A stretch of DNA of 64,000 bases from Alphaproteobacteria bacterium (GTDB taxonomy: Bacteria > Pseudomonadota > Alphaproteobacteria > SP197). This document shows, one piece after another, positions 20,366 to 30,459 of the stretch (its first letter is position 1; every line of letters starts with the position of its first letter). The position numbers were made by a program, and so were the translations under genes. The stretch covers positions 32,001 through 96,000 of the forward strand of contig OZ219919.1 of NCBI GenBank assembly GCA_964291415.2, written 5' to 3'. The notes under the pieces are model-generated. The model did not search any database. It was not told the DNA's origin and saw nothing but the letters and a program-made list of their open reading frames with translations.

Positions 20366-21922
20366 TCAATCGGGAATCCGCGGATCGGTGACCGCCATGC
20401 AACTCGTCGGGGCATTGCGCAGGCCATCGGGACAGTGAATGGCGAGCACGCGGCCGATTTCGGCAACCCTTTCCACCGCATGTCCGCGTTCCGCGAGCGC
20501 TTCCGCGGCTTCGTCCTCCGGCGTTCCCTCGGCGAACACCACATGGGGGATGCCGGGATGGTGTACCCTCGTGCGGCGGACGGCGTCATCCAACGGCACG
20601 CTGTCATCAAGGGTGTCCATCAGAACCTGTGCCATGACCACGGGCGACGCCGAACCTCCTGTCGCCGTGCCGACAAGGACCACCGAACGCAACACGTCGT
20701 TGACCACGATCACGGGGAGCAGGGTTTCGTCGGCACCGGATGACGCCGGGATGATGATCCCGGTCCCGGGCAGCACGGAGCCGTCGCCAAACAGACCATT
20801 CATGGTGAAGACACAGGCCACCGCGTTGCCCATTCGGTCGGCGGTGACGACTCCCGTGGCATGGGGCGATTCGCCGAGCGGCGTCGGTGATCCCGGCAGC
20901 GCCGCAGGATCCGTTGCCCGGGTGGCGCGATAACCTTCCATCAGGTTCACTGCTCCGGGCGACCCGCGCGCCACCGCCAGGCGCAGGGCCACCTCGGCAA
21001 GCAGGTGGTACCTCTCCGCGTCACCGTCCATTGAACCGGCATCGTCCAGCAGGGTGAGGGCCGTCAGGGCCGAGGCCCCCGCATCGATGGTCTCGTCCGG
21101 CACCTGCACGGCCAGATCGGTGGCCATCAATCCTCGCTCGTAAGCGAACGTTGCGGGATCGGACCACGCCACCGCGTAGGTGGCGAGCTCTTCGGGCGTG
21201 ATGACGCGGCCCGCCTCGTGAGCCGCCTCGATGATGCTCCGCGCCGTCCGGCCGCGATAGAAGTCGCTGGCTCCACGGGTCCTGATTCCAGACAGCATGT
21301 CCGACAGTTCGAACTGCACCAGCGGGTCGCCGGCATCGGGCACGCCGCCCGCGGGAGAGGTGAAGAGACGCCTCGCTTCGGCGTTTCCCAAGAGGGTGCC
21401 GGGGGCGTGTGCGAAATCGCGTGCAAGAGCAGGCGACACGCGCACACCGAACCGCGCTGCGCGTTCGGCAGGAACCAGCAGATCATGCCATGCGAGATTG
21501 CCATGGACGGCCTGCAGGGCCGACATGCCGCGCACGGCCCCCGGGACCGGCAGACCGTCCCCTTCCGTGGAGGCAGGACGGTTGCGGAAATCCAGAAGCC
21601 TTGTCTGGTTTTCCGCTTCCTCGTATGACAGGCAGAGACCGCCGGAAGCGAGCGAAACCCGAGAGGGATAGCTGACCGCCGCCATGAAGAAATACGCCAC
21701 TGCGGCATCCGCCGCGGTTCCTTCCCGGGCCAGCACCTCCCCGGCAACCCGGCGGGCGAGCGCGTCTTCGCCTGCCACCAGTCCGGTCTCGCCACCGCCC
21801 ACGACCCGACCGACGGTTGGCCCCGCCTCGTCCAGGGTTCCGCAGGAGGCTGTCGCGAGAGCCAGGGCCAGAACCAGCGCACGCAACGCGGGACTGTCTG
21901 TTCGCGCAATTGTGTTCAGCAT
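20366..21922 (-). CDS. Gamma-glutamyltransferase-like lipoprotein (divergent)
   Basis: GTAADAAVA, LASGG, VPGAVRG, DFYRG, DRMGNAVA, PGTGII; lipobox LATASC. Confidence 0.82.
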   Translation of the reverse strand: MLNTIARTDSPALRALVLALALATASCGTLDEAGPTVGRVVGGGETGLVAGEDALARRVAGEVLAREGTAADAAVAYFFMAAVSYPSRVSLASGGLCLSYEEAENQTRLLDFRNRPASTEGDGLPVPGAVRGMSALQAVHGNLAWHDLLVPAERAARFGVRVSPALARDFAHAPGTLLGNAEARRLFTSPAGGVPDAGDPLVQFELSDMLSGIRTRGASDFYRGRTARSIIEAAHEAGRVITPEELATYAVAWSDPATFAYERGLMATDLAVQVPDETIDAGASALTALTLLDDAGSMDGDAERYHLLAEVALRLAVARGSPGAVNLMEGYRATRATDPAALPGSPTPLGESPHATGVVTADRMGNAVACVFTMNGLFGDGSVLPGTGIIIPASSGADETLLPVIVVNDVLRSVVLVGTATGGSASPVVMAQVLMDTLDDSVPLDDAVRRTRVHHPGIPHVVFAEGTPEDEAAEALAERGHAVERVAEIGRVLAIHCPDGLRNAPTSCMAVTDPRIPD

Positions 21923-23249
21923 GACTGTCCTTGCGGCCTTGTTTTGCGGAGCAGACGGCACCCGGGCCCAATCGGGTCAGAGCATGTCGCTTTTCCGTGA
22001 TGCCGAGATCGAGAATATCATCAGCAGCTATGCCGAACCACTGTTCCGCGTCAACGGCCTCGACTTCGACAGGTTCGCCATTCATCTCGTGGCCGATGAC
22101 AGTCTCAATGCCTTCGTCGCCAACGGCAAGCACATGTTCCTGTTCAGCGGTCTGCTGCGGCGCAGCGACGATCCGGGCATGGTGACCGGCGTCATTGCCC
22201 ACGAAGTCGGTCACCTGGCCGCGGGTCATCTGACCATGGTCCGGGGCGCCGTCGAGGACGCCTCGGCGATGGTGATTCTGTCGACACTGCTCGGCGTCGG
22301 TGTCGGCCTCATTGGCGGTGGCGAGGCCGGTGTGGCGGTTGCCGCCGCCGGACAGCAGATCGGCACCCGCACCTTTACCCGCTTCAGCCGCATCCAGGAA
22401 TCGGCTGCCGACCAGGCCGCGCTCAGGTCCCTCGAACTGACCGGCCAGTCGGCGGAAGGGCTTCGCGACCTGATGGAGGAACTTGCGGAATCGGAACTGC
22501 TGCTGTCGTCGTCCTCCGAGATCCCCTGGTTCCTGACCCACCCTCTCAGCACGGAACGCGTGCACACGATGAACGCCCACATCGCGCGTTCCGCCTTCAG
22601 CGGCGTCGCCTTCGACGCGGACGTGATCGACCGCCACAGGCGCATGATCGCCAAGGTCACCGGTTTTCTTCTCGATCCCTCTGTCACGTACCGCACCTAT
22701 GCGGATCCTGAAGAATCGGTCTATTCCCGCTACGCCTGGTCCATCGCCCGCTACAGGGAGCGCCTGATGGACGAGGCTCTGGCCCTTATCGACGGCCTGA
22801 TCGCGGATGAACCGGAGAACCCCTGGTTTCACGAGCTGCGCGGCCAGATGCTCTATGAGACCGGCGACATCGCGGGCTCTGTTCCGTCCTTCGCGCAATC
22901 GGTCAAGCTGGCCCCCGGGGAACCGCTGCTGAGGATCAATCTGGCACGCAGCCTGCTGCAGCTCGACGAGGAAGCCGGCTGGCGCGAGGCGATCCGCCAT
23001 CTCGACGAGGCGCGCGTCCACGAAAGCGGCATGCCGGTGACATGGAGCCTGCTTGGCCATGCCTTCGAGAAGCTGGGCGATGAGGCGCGGTCCCGGGTCG
23101 CCCGCGCCGAGATGCACTACATGAGGGGCGAGCTGCGGCGTGCCCGCAAACTCGCCGGAGACGCGATTGACGGCCTCGAAACCGGGACCACCGACTGGTT
23201 CCGCGCCACCGATATCCTGGCCGCCACCGACTTCCTCGAAGGCGGGTGA
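21921..23249 (+). CDS. M48 family metalloprotease with TPR region (BepA/YfgC-like)
   Basis: [30 protein letters not shown]; exact start uncertain. Confidence 0.9.
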   Translation: MTVLAALFCGADGTRAQSGQSMSLFRDAEIENIISSYAEPLFRVNGLDFDRFAIHLVADDSLNAFVANGKHMFLFSGLLRRSDDPGMVTGVIAHEVGHLAAGHLTMVRGAVEDASAMVILSTLLGVGVGLIGGGEAGVAVAAAGQQIGTRTFTRFSRIQESAADQAALRSLELTGQSAEGLRDLMEELAESELLLSSSSEIPWFLTHPLSTERVHTMNAHIARSAFSGVAFDADVIDRHRRMIAKVTGFLLDPSVTYRTYADPEESVYSRYAWSIARYRERLMDEALALIDGLIADEPENPWFHELRGQMLYETGDIAGSVPSFAQSVKLAPGEPLLRINLARSLLQLDEEAGWREAIRHLDEARVHESGMPVTWSLLGHAFEKLGDEARSRVARAEMHYMRGELRRARKLAGDAIDGLETGTTDWFRATDILAATDFLEGG

Positions 23250-23356
23250 CCCGCGGCAGCAGTTGCACCTGCCGGCAGGGCAGTGTGAAATGGATGATCG
23301 ATTCATGCCGCGATGGGATCCCCGGGCAAGGGCGGCCGTGGCTGACTGGGGATGAC

Positions 23357-23812
23357 ATGCCCGACGATACCCGAATCCTGGTTCTCAACGGACCCAATCT
23401 CAATCTTCTCGGCACGAGGGAACCGGGCATCTACGGTCTGCAGACCCTGCCCGACATCGAACGTGCCGTGCGCCGGCGGGCCGATGAGCTTTCCATGGCG
23501 GTGGACTTCCTGCAGAGCAACCATGAAGGCGAGTTGATCGATGCCGTCCAGAACGCGGGTGGCCAGGCGGCGGCGCTTGTCGTCAACGCCGGCGGACTGA
23601 CCCACACGTCAGTGGCCCTCGCTGATGCCCTGAGAGCGTTCGACGGTGTCGTTGTCGAGGTCCATCTCTCCAACATCCACGCCAGGGAACCCTTCCGGCA
23701 CCATTCCCATGTGGCGGGTGTCGCCACCGGTTCGATTTGCGGATTTGGGGGCCACGGCTACATACTGGCCATCGAGGCCATTCACACCATTGTCGGATCT
23801 CCGTCACCATGA
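23357..23812 (+). CDS. aroQ: Type II 3-dehydroquinate dehydratase
   Basis: [39 protein letters not shown]. Confidence 0.96.
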   Translation: MPDDTRILVLNGPNLNLLGTREPGIYGLQTLPDIERAVRRRADELSMAVDFLQSNHEGELIDAVQNAGGQAAALVVNAGGLTHTSVALADALRAFDGVVVEVHLSNIHAREPFRHHSHVAGVATGSICGFGGHGYILAIEAIHTIVGSPSP

Positions 23813-24255
23813 GCCATGAACCCTTCCCGCTCGACGCGGAGGCGATCCGGGAGCTGGCGCGCCTGCTCGAGGAAACCGGCCTTGCGGAAATCGAGGTGGA
23901 AAACTCGGGACGCAAGCTGCGCGTGGTGCGAGGAAACACGTCCGTCACCGCGTTCCCCTTGCCCCAGGCCGCCGTGCATCCTCCGGAAACCGCACAGGAG
24001 TCCGTCGGCGAGGGCGCCGTTCGCTCGCCGATGGTCGGCACCGCCTATCTCGCTCCCGAGCCCGGTGCGGCCTCATTCGTGAACGAGGGAGACGACGTCG
24101 CGGAAGGCGACACCCTGCTGATCGTCGAAGCAATGAAGGTCATGAATCCGATCCGTGCGCCCCTCGGTGGCACCGTGACCCAGATTCTCGTCTCCGACGG
24201 CAGGCCGGTCGAGTACGGCCAGGTGCTCATGGTCATCGACCCGGCGCATGTTTGA
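23809..24255 (+). CDS. accB: Acetyl-CoA carboxylase biotin carboxyl carrier protein
   Basis: SPMVGT, EAMKVMN biotinylation motif. Confidence 0.96.
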   Translation: MSHEPFPLDAEAIRELARLLEETGLAEIEVENSGRKLRVVRGNTSVTAFPLPQAAVHPPETAQESVGEGAVRSPMVGTAYLAPEPGAASFVNEGDDVAEGDTLLIVEAMKVMNPIRAPLGGTVTQILVSDGRPVEYGQVLMVIDPAHV

Positions 24256-25591
24256 CAAGGTTCTCATTGCCAATCGCGGGGAAGTGGCCCTTCGCATCCA
24301 CCGGGCCTGCCGGGAAATGGGTATCCGTACCGTCGCTGTCCATTCCGAAGTGGACACCAACGCGATGCACGTCCGCCTTGCCGACGAGAGTGTGTGCATC
24401 GGGCCGGCGCCGGCGCGTGACAGCTATCTCAATGTGCCGGCCATCCTGGCCGCCGCCGAAGTCACCGGCGCCAATGCCATCCATCCAGGATACGGCTTCC
24501 TGTCCGAAAACAGCCGGTTTGCCGAGATCGTCGAGGAACATGGCATCACCTTCATCGGACCGGGCAGCGAACATATTCGCCTGATGGGCGACAAGATGGC
24601 GGCGCGCAACAAGGCCAGGGACCTCGGGATCCCGGTCCTGCCAGGGTCCGAAGGCGTGGTGCGTGACACGACCGAAGCCGCCGCGATCGCCGGGGAGATC
24701 GGCTATCCGGTCCTTCTCAAGGCGGCAGCCGGCGGCGGCGGCCGCGGTATCTCCCTGGTGGAGGACGACTCCAGCATGGAGGCGGTCTTTGCCCGGTCGA
24801 GACGCGAATCGGAGGCTGCATTCGGCGACGGATCCCTTTACGTGGAGAAGTTCCTGACCAATCCGCGCCACATCGAGATCCAGGTCGCCGGCGACAAGGA
24901 AGGACGTGTCGTTCACCTCGGCGAACGCGACTGCTCGGTGCAGCGGCGTCATCAGAAGATCGTCGAGGAAGCACCAAGTCCCGCACTCAATGCCGAGCAG
25001 CGGCTCGCCATCGGCGAGCTCGTTGTCGATGCCATGACCAGACTCGGCTACCGGAGTCTCGGGACGGTAGAGTTTCTCTACGAGGACGGTTCGTTTCACT
25101 TCATCGAGATGAACACCCGGTTGCAGGTCGAACACCCCGTCACGGAAATGGTGACCGGCATCGACCTCGTGCGCGAACAGATCCGCCTTTCCTCCGGCGC
25201 GCCGCTCAGCTTCAGCCAGGAAGACGTGACGATGACCGGTCATGCGATCGAGTGCCGGATCAATGCCGAAAGCCCCTTCTCCTTCATGCCTTCGCCCGGC
25301 CAGGTGACCACCTACCACGCTCCGGGAGGCATGAGCGTGCGGATCGATTCGGCCCTCTACTCCGGCTACACGGTACCGCCGACCTACGACAACCTGATCG
25401 CCAAGCTCGTCGTGTGCGGGCGCAACCGCAACGAGAGCATGATGCGGTTGAGACGGGCTCTCGAGGAGTTCGCCATTGACGGAATCGAGACCACCATCCC
25501 TCTCCACCAGGCGCTTCTCGGCAACCAGGACTTCGCCAATGGTCACTATGACGTGACATGGCTGGAACGCTTCCTTGCTTCCGCAACCTGA
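24248..25591 (+). CDS. accC: Biotin carboxylase
   Basis: KVLIANRGE, HPGYGFLSEN, GGGGRG, FIEMNTRLQVEHPVTE. Confidence 0.97.
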   Translation: MFDKVLIANRGEVALRIHRACREMGIRTVAVHSEVDTNAMHVRLADESVCIGPAPARDSYLNVPAILAAAEVTGANAIHPGYGFLSENSRFAEIVEEHGITFIGPGSEHIRLMGDKMAARNKARDLGIPVLPGSEGVVRDTTEAAAIAGEIGYPVLLKAAAGGGGRGISLVEDDSSMEAVFARSRRESEAAFGDGSLYVEKFLTNPRHIEIQVAGDKEGRVVHLGERDCSVQRRHQKIVEEAPSPALNAEQRLAIGELVVDAMTRLGYRSLGTVEFLYEDGSFHFIEMNTRLQVEHPVTEMVTGIDLVREQIRLSSGAPLSFSQEDVTMTGHAIECRINAESPFSFMPSPGQVTTYHAPGGMSVRIDSALYSGYTVPPTYDNLIAKLVVCGRNRNESMMRLRRALEEFAIDGIETTIPLHQALLGNQDFANGHYDVTWLERFLASAT

Positions 25592-26237
25592 ACCGGACGA
25601 AGCGGCCGGACTGACCACGCCGATGCTTCTGTCAGCCTATGCGCGGGGTCTCTTCCCCATGGCGAGCCACCGGCTCGACAGGAATCCGGAATGGGTCTTT
25701 CCATACCGTCGCGGCATCATCCCCCTGAACCGCTTCCACGTTCCGCGCAGCCTGGAAAAGGTGTTGAGACGGGGTGGGTTCGAGATCACCGTCAACCGGG
25801 CCTTCGCCAGGGTGATCGCCGCCTGTGCCAGGCCGACGCCCGGGCGCGAGAACACCTGGATCAGCGTCGGCATCGAGAAGGCCTACACCAGACTGCACCA
25901 TGAGGGGCACGCCCACAGCGTCGAGTGCTGGATGGACGGTGTGCTCGCCGGGGGGCTCTACGGCGTTCAACTGCGTGGGGCGTTCTTCGGCGAAAGCATG
26001 TTTTCCGACATTGCCAATGCCAGCAAGGTGGCGCTGGTCCACCTTGTCAGGCGTCTCGTCACGGGTGGCTTCGTTCTTCTCGACATACAGTTCGTCACCG
26101 ATCATCTGCGCATGTTCGGAGCCATCGAGATCACCGGATCGGACTATCTGGACCGTCTCGACCGGGCGCTTTCGATCGAGGGTGCCGACTTCTACTGCCT
26201 GCCCCGGTCGATACAGTCCAGGACCCATATGTCGTAG
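25575..26237 (+). CDS. aat: Leucyl/phenylalanyl-tRNA--protein transferase
   Basis: AYARGLFPM, AHSVECW, GGLYGV, FFGESMFS, ASKVAL; start is TTG 25575 or ATG 25623. Confidence 0.93.
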   Translation: MLPQPEPDEAAGLTTPMLLSAYARGLFPMASHRLDRNPEWVFPYRRGIIPLNRFHVPRSLEKVLRRGGFEITVNRAFARVIAACARPTPGRENTWISVGIEKAYTRLHHEGHAHSVECWMDGVLAGGLYGVQLRGAFFGESMFSDIANASKVALVHLVRRLVTGGFVLLDIQFVTDHLRMFGAIEITGSDYLDRLDRALSIEGADFYCLPRSIQSRTHMS

Positions 26238-26629
26238 ACCGGGTGTTCAAGCGCCGACACGCCCGGCGTTCCGGCAAACATCCAGCCGCTGAAAACCTCC
26301 TCAGGATTGCCCGAACGGCTTTCCCGGATCTCGAGAAAGGAGGCACTCTCCGGCGTCTGCCAGGGCGGCGTCTTGCGGCAGGCCCTGACGGTCACCTGCA
26401 ATGTCCCGAATGAACCCGTCTCGCCAACACCGATGGCAAAGGCGAAGGCATGGCCGGTCACCTTCTCCATGCCGCCCAGCAACACCGTGTCGTGGTCCTC
26501 GAACACCTGCTCGGCCCCGGCGCCGCGGCCGACGATCATGGCCAGAAAGATGCAGGCGATCAGGCGAAGGGCTTGTCGAGCGTTGCCACCAGATCCGCGA
26601 GAACCTTCCGCATCTGCTGCTCGTCGCAT
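26192..26629 (-). CDS. DUF2155 domain protein
   Basis: FSGWMFA.TPGVSALEHPVYDIWVLDC; conserved neighbour of aat and mlaD; start uncertain. Confidence 0.85.
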   Translation of the reverse strand: MRRAADAEGSRGSGGNARQALRLIACIFLAMIVGRGAGAEQVFEDHDTVLLGGMEKVTGHAFAFAIGVGETGSFGTLQVTVRACRKTPPWQTPESASFLEIRESRSGNPEEVFSGWMFAGTPGVSALEHPVYDIWVLDCIDRGRQ

Positions 26630-26781
26630 CCCATCACCACCGCATCTTCGAGCGCGTCCTGTGCCATGTCGCGAAGTTCGTCAAGATTGTCCCTCAGCAC
26701 GGCGAGCTTGTCGTGGCAACCAACGGGCTCGCCGTCGGGTGAGAGCCATGTCTCGGGCAGCCAGACCGGTCGCTGATCCAT
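26560..26781 (-). CDS. Small conserved hypothetical protein
   Basis: C..KL.VL.DNL.EL..MAQDALEDAVVMGCDE pattern recalled at this locus in alphaproteobacteria; coding-like codon usage. Confidence 0.75.
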   Translation of the reverse strand: MDQRPVWLPETWLSPDGEPVGCHDKLAVLRDNLDELRDMAQDALEDAVVMGCDEQQMRKVLADLVATLDKPFA

Positions 26782-26792
26782 GAACCCCTGCC

Positions 26793-27236
26793 CTACTCTT
26801 CAAGGCCGCCGAACATCGACCGCGACACGGCGTCAATCAGATTGATCGCCCCCTGGGTGTCGGTGAAGAGATGACCGTCGCCGGCAACCTCGCCGGCGCC
26901 CGGGTGGAGGGACACATAATGGCCACCGAGCAGGCTCGCCGAGGCGATCGTCACGATGGTGTCGCGCGGCAGACTGACGCCGGGATCGATGGTCATGGCG
27001 ACCTTCGCCAGGTACCAGTCCGGATCGAGATCCAGTCCCGTCACCTGTCCGACCCTGATGCCGGCGATCCGCACATCGTCGCCGGTCTGCAGACTGCCGA
27101 CGTCTTCAAACTCCGCGTGAAAAACGGTGCCGGCCCCGTCGGCAACGTCCACCCTGTCATAGACAAAGGCCACGAAGGCCACGGCAACGACGATGACGGC
27201 GGCGCCGACGAGGGTCTCGAGTGCGCGTCCGCCCAT
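26793..27236 (-). CDS. mlaD: Outer-membrane lipid asymmetry protein MlaD (MCE domain)
   Basis: ETLVGA TM helix, L.TGDDVRIAGIRVGQV, SLLGGHYVSL.PG. Confidence 0.88.
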   Translation of the reverse strand: MGGRALETLVGAAVIVVAVAFVAFVYDRVDVADGAGTVFHAEFEDVGSLQTGDDVRIAGIRVGQVTGLDLDPDWYLAKVAMTIDPGVSLPRDTIVTIASASLLGGHYVSLHPGAGEVAGDGHLFTDTQGAINLIDAVSRSMFGGLEE

Positions 27237-27237
27237 G

Positions 27238-27615
27238 TCAGGAAGTTCCCGACTCTTCTTCCGGGCGCCATGCCTCGTAGTCACCGCGTGCCGACGCCCG
27301 CCTGCCGCCGCGCAGAAGGTGACCCTTCGGCAACCAGGCCTGTCCGGTACCGGTGAGATTGGGCTGGTGCTCCCTCTCCCACTCCCTGGTCTCGAGGGGG
27401 GCACGGCTCGGTGGTTCGTCGATGGTGCGATGCAGCCAGGCATTCCAGCCGGGCGGCACCCTGGAGGCCTCGGATGCGCCCCGATAGTACACCCAGCGCC
27501 GCCGCCACCGGCCTTCAGCCACGCCCCGTTCCTGATAGTAGCGGTTGCCGAACTCGTCCTCACCCACGGCCTCGCCCTTCAGCGTCGTGAAAAGCCACGT
27601 GCCGATCCTCGACAT
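27238..27615 (-). CDS. NADH:ubiquinone oxidoreductase NDUFA12-like subunit
   Basis: VGEDEFGNRYY, RRWVYY, EASRVPPGW..WLH, PNLTGT, DYEAW.P. Confidence 0.93.
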   Translation of the reverse strand: MSRIGTWLFTTLKGEAVGEDEFGNRYYQERGVAEGRWRRRWVYYRGASEASRVPPGWNAWLHRTIDEPPSRAPLETREWEREHQPNLTGTGQAWLPKGHLLRGGRRASARGDYEAWRPEEESGTS

Positions 27616-27764
27616 GCACAACTCCCGTCCGCATCATGTCGGCGTCATCATGCGCTTCCGGCAACGAAGAATCCAGAGACCTGAGGCACGGGTGACAGGT
27701 TGCAAGATAGAGATTGCCTGGGTTAGGTTTCCCTCGCCATCGACGAGATCCAGGATGACAACAC

Positions 27765-28100
27765 ATGATTATCTCCTCCGACAGCCAGAACGGCGTCACC
27801 ATTGTTTCGATCAACGGTCGCGTGGATGGTGCATCCGCCCCTGAACTGGAAGGCGAACTGTCCTCCAGGATTCGCGATGGATCCGTTCGTATCCTGCTCG
27901 ACTGCAACGAGATGAACTACATCTCCAGCGCCGGGCTGCGCGTCTTTCTCCTGGCGGCCAAACGGTGCAAGCAGGCCGGTGGCCTGCTGTCCATCGCGGC
28001 CCTGCAGCCATCCTGCAGGTCGGTCATCGAAATGGGTGGATTCCACACGATCATCGATTGCTACGACTCCCGCGACGAGGCGCTCGCGGCCAACGCCTGA
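27765..28100 (+). CDS. STAS-domain anti-sigma-factor antagonist
   Basis: GRVD, D...MNYISSAGLRVFL with the phospho-acceptor Ser. Confidence 0.9.
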   Translation: MIISSDSQNGVTIVSINGRVDGASAPELEGELSSRIRDGSVRILLDCNEMNYISSAGLRVFLLAAKRCKQAGGLLSIAALQPSCRSVIEMGGFHTIIDCYDSRDEALAANA

Positions 28101-28111
28101 GCTATTGAGAG

Positions 28112-28768
28112 ATGCTGACATTCATCGAGGAAATCCTCCTTCTCACACTGGATGACGAGAACGGTTCGTTCCTGCCCATCCGTGACAACACGATGGACTA
28201 TGTGCTGGCGGGCGCCGCGCTGCTCGACCTCGCCTTCACCTACCGCATCGACACCGATCCCGAGCGCCTCATGCTCATCGACAGGACGCCGCCGGGAGTT
28301 CCGATGCTCGATCGCGTCCTGGACCGCATTGCCGGATCCGCCGAGGACAGGACCACGCGCGACTGGGTCGAGACCCTGGCCCGTGAAGAAGCCGAAAACC
28401 TGCGCGAATCCGCACTCGCCCGGCTGGTCGACCAGGGAATTCTCGAGGTCCAGGACAAGAAGTTCCTGTGGGTCTTCCGGGCCCGCCGCTACCCGGCCAT
28501 CGACGGCACTGTCCAGCGTGAAGTGAAGCACCGCATCGCCGGTGTCCTGCTGTCCGACGAAGTGCCCGACCCCCGGGACGTGGCGATCATCTCGCTCGCC
28601 GACTCCTGCGCCATCCTGCGCAGCATTTTCTCGGACCACGGCATGGATTCCCTCAGACCGCGTATCGACCAGGTCCGCAAACTCGATCTCATCGGCCGCG
28701 AGGTGGCCGGCACCATCGAGGAAATCGAACGCACCATGGCGATGGCCATGGCCCGCATTCCGCACTAG
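28112..28768 (+). CDS. GOLPH3/Vps74 (GPP34) family protein
   Basis: LTFIEEILLL.LDD, LAGAALLDL...RID, LV.QGIL...KFLWVF..RRYP, PDPRD. Confidence 0.88.
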   Translation: MLTFIEEILLLTLDDENGSFLPIRDNTMDYVLAGAALLDLAFTYRIDTDPERLMLIDRTPPGVPMLDRVLDRIAGSAEDRTTRDWVETLAREEAENLRESALARLVDQGILEVQDKKFLWVFRARRYPAIDGTVQREVKHRIAGVLLSDEVPDPRDVAIISLADSCAILRSIFSDHGMDSLRPRIDQVRKLDLIGREVAGTIEEIERTMAMAMARIPH

Positions 28769-28937
28769 AGCAGCCTGTCGGTTGGAGTTGCGGGCACACA
28801 CCATTGCGCGTTGTCTCAACGAGCCCCGCGCAGGCAGGGCGAGATCATGTTGTTGAACGTCCTGCCGGATGCTAGAGATTCCTCTGCCCGGCAAACGGAG
28901 CCAATGAGCCAATCCACACGTGTCCAGGGAGCAGGTG

Positions 28938-30341
28938 ATGAGCGATGACGTCAAGAAGTGGGGTGACGAGGAGTTCTGGGGTATCGGCTACGAGTACGAC
29001 CCGCAGTTCTTCCTGACCGAACGGCAGCGGGAGATCCAGAAGGATCTCATCGAACTGTGCCGGACCACGCTCAGGGTGAACGCCGTCGAATCGGACCGCG
29101 GCTTCATCTTCCCGCGCAAGAATTTCGAAGCTCTCGCCTCCAAGGGCCTCCTCGGTCTCTTCGTTCCCGAGGAACTCGGCGGCATGGGCGAGAACCATGT
29201 CGCCATGTGCATGGTCGTGGAGACCGTAGCCCGCTACGGCTGTCCGTCGACAGCGATGTGCCTCACCATGCACTATGGCGCCTGTTCGGCTGCCCTCTTC
29301 CGCTACCACGACAACGACGCTCTAAGGGACATCCTGTCGCGTCTCGACCGCGACGTTCTGGTCGGAACCCTGTCCTACTCCGATCCCGAGACGGGCTCCC
29401 ATTTCTGGTATCCGGTCTCGTCGGGCGCCGAGGCGACCGAGGACGGCTGGAAGGTCACCAAGAAGGCCTCCTGGACGACGTCGGGCGGCTTTGCCGACTG
29501 GTACATCGTGCAGACCACGTCGCCGGATTTCGGTGGTGACTATTCGGATCTCTCCGTGTGGCTGATCCTGGCCGACGAGGTCGAGGCCGATGTCGCCGGC
29601 TGGGACGGCATGGGCATGCGCGGCAACCAGTCGGGAGCGCTCCTGGTGGACGGCGTCACCATCCCGAAGAACCGCCTCGTGGGCCCCAAGGGGGACGGCG
29701 CGGTCTCCAACGACGAGACTGTGGACCCGTTCTTCCTGCTGAACTCGTCGTGCTCCTGGAACGGCATTGCCATGGGCATGATCGATATCGCCAAGAGGCA
29801 CACGACCCGCAAGCGCCACGTCGACGTCGGCTTGCGGGTGTGCGACTACCCCACCATCCAGGACTACGTCGGGGAAGCGATCATCGGCACCAACGCCAGC
29901 CGGATGATGACGTTCGGTCTTGCCAAGGCCCTCGATGAACTCACCGGGAACTGCGACTGGTCGATTCACCGGAACCTGGAGGCCGTGCCCCGGGCCGATC
30001 TCCTGAACCAGCTCTGGCAGGTCAAGTTCCAGGCGGCCAAGAACGTGCACGAGGTGTCGGACAAGATGCTCCACGCCTGCGGCGGCACCGCCTACAAGGC
30101 CGGTCTCGGCATGGAACGACTCCTGCGCGACGCCAAGGCGGGCTGGGTCATGGGACCGACCAACGAAGTGCTCCGCCAGTTTGTCGGCAAGCACGCGCTC
30201 CTCGGCTTCGATTCCCTCGATTACTGGAATACGTCGATCAACCACCGGTCCATCGACAACGAGGTGAAGAAGATGTCCGCCGACGAGAAGAAGGCGCTGG
30301 CGGATCGCCTGCTCGAGGAAGCCGGCGCCGCTGCCGAGTAG
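28938..30341 (+). CDS. Acyl-CoA dehydrogenase family protein
   Basis: ELGGMG, SDPETGS, KASWTTS, GMRGNQS, ERLLRDA. Confidence 0.88.
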   Translation: MSDDVKKWGDEEFWGIGYEYDPQFFLTERQREIQKDLIELCRTTLRVNAVESDRGFIFPRKNFEALASKGLLGLFVPEELGGMGENHVAMCMVVETVARYGCPSTAMCLTMHYGACSAALFRYHDNDALRDILSRLDRDVLVGTLSYSDPETGSHFWYPVSSGAEATEDGWKVTKKASWTTSGGFADWYIVQTTSPDFGGDYSDLSVWLILADEVEADVAGWDGMGMRGNQSGALLVDGVTIPKNRLVGPKGDGAVSNDETVDPFFLLNSSCSWNGIAMGMIDIAKRHTTRKRHVDVGLRVCDYPTIQDYVGEAIIGTNASRMMTFGLAKALDELTGNCDWSIHRNLEAVPRADLLNQLWQVKFQAAKNVHEVSDKMLHACGGTAYKAGLGMERLLRDAKAGWVMGPTNEVLRQFVGKHALLGFDSLDYWNTSINHRSIDNEVKKMSADEKKALADRLLEEAGAAAE

Positions 30342-30459
30342 TCCCTCCACACTCCTCGTCGACGCAAGTGTTCCTTCCGTCGACGAGATTCTCCTCCGGT
30401 ACGATGCCGGGGCAAGACTGCGACATTGCCGCCCTCTCGAGGGCGGCAGTTCCGCCACC

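Noticed and set aside
2692-25618. Many long alternative-frame or antisense ORFs (e.g. 2692-4317, 13880-15664, 21483-23306, 24233-25618)
   Set aside because: They overlap well-supported genes, have low-complexity Arg/Gly/Ala-rich translations, and are expected at this GC content.
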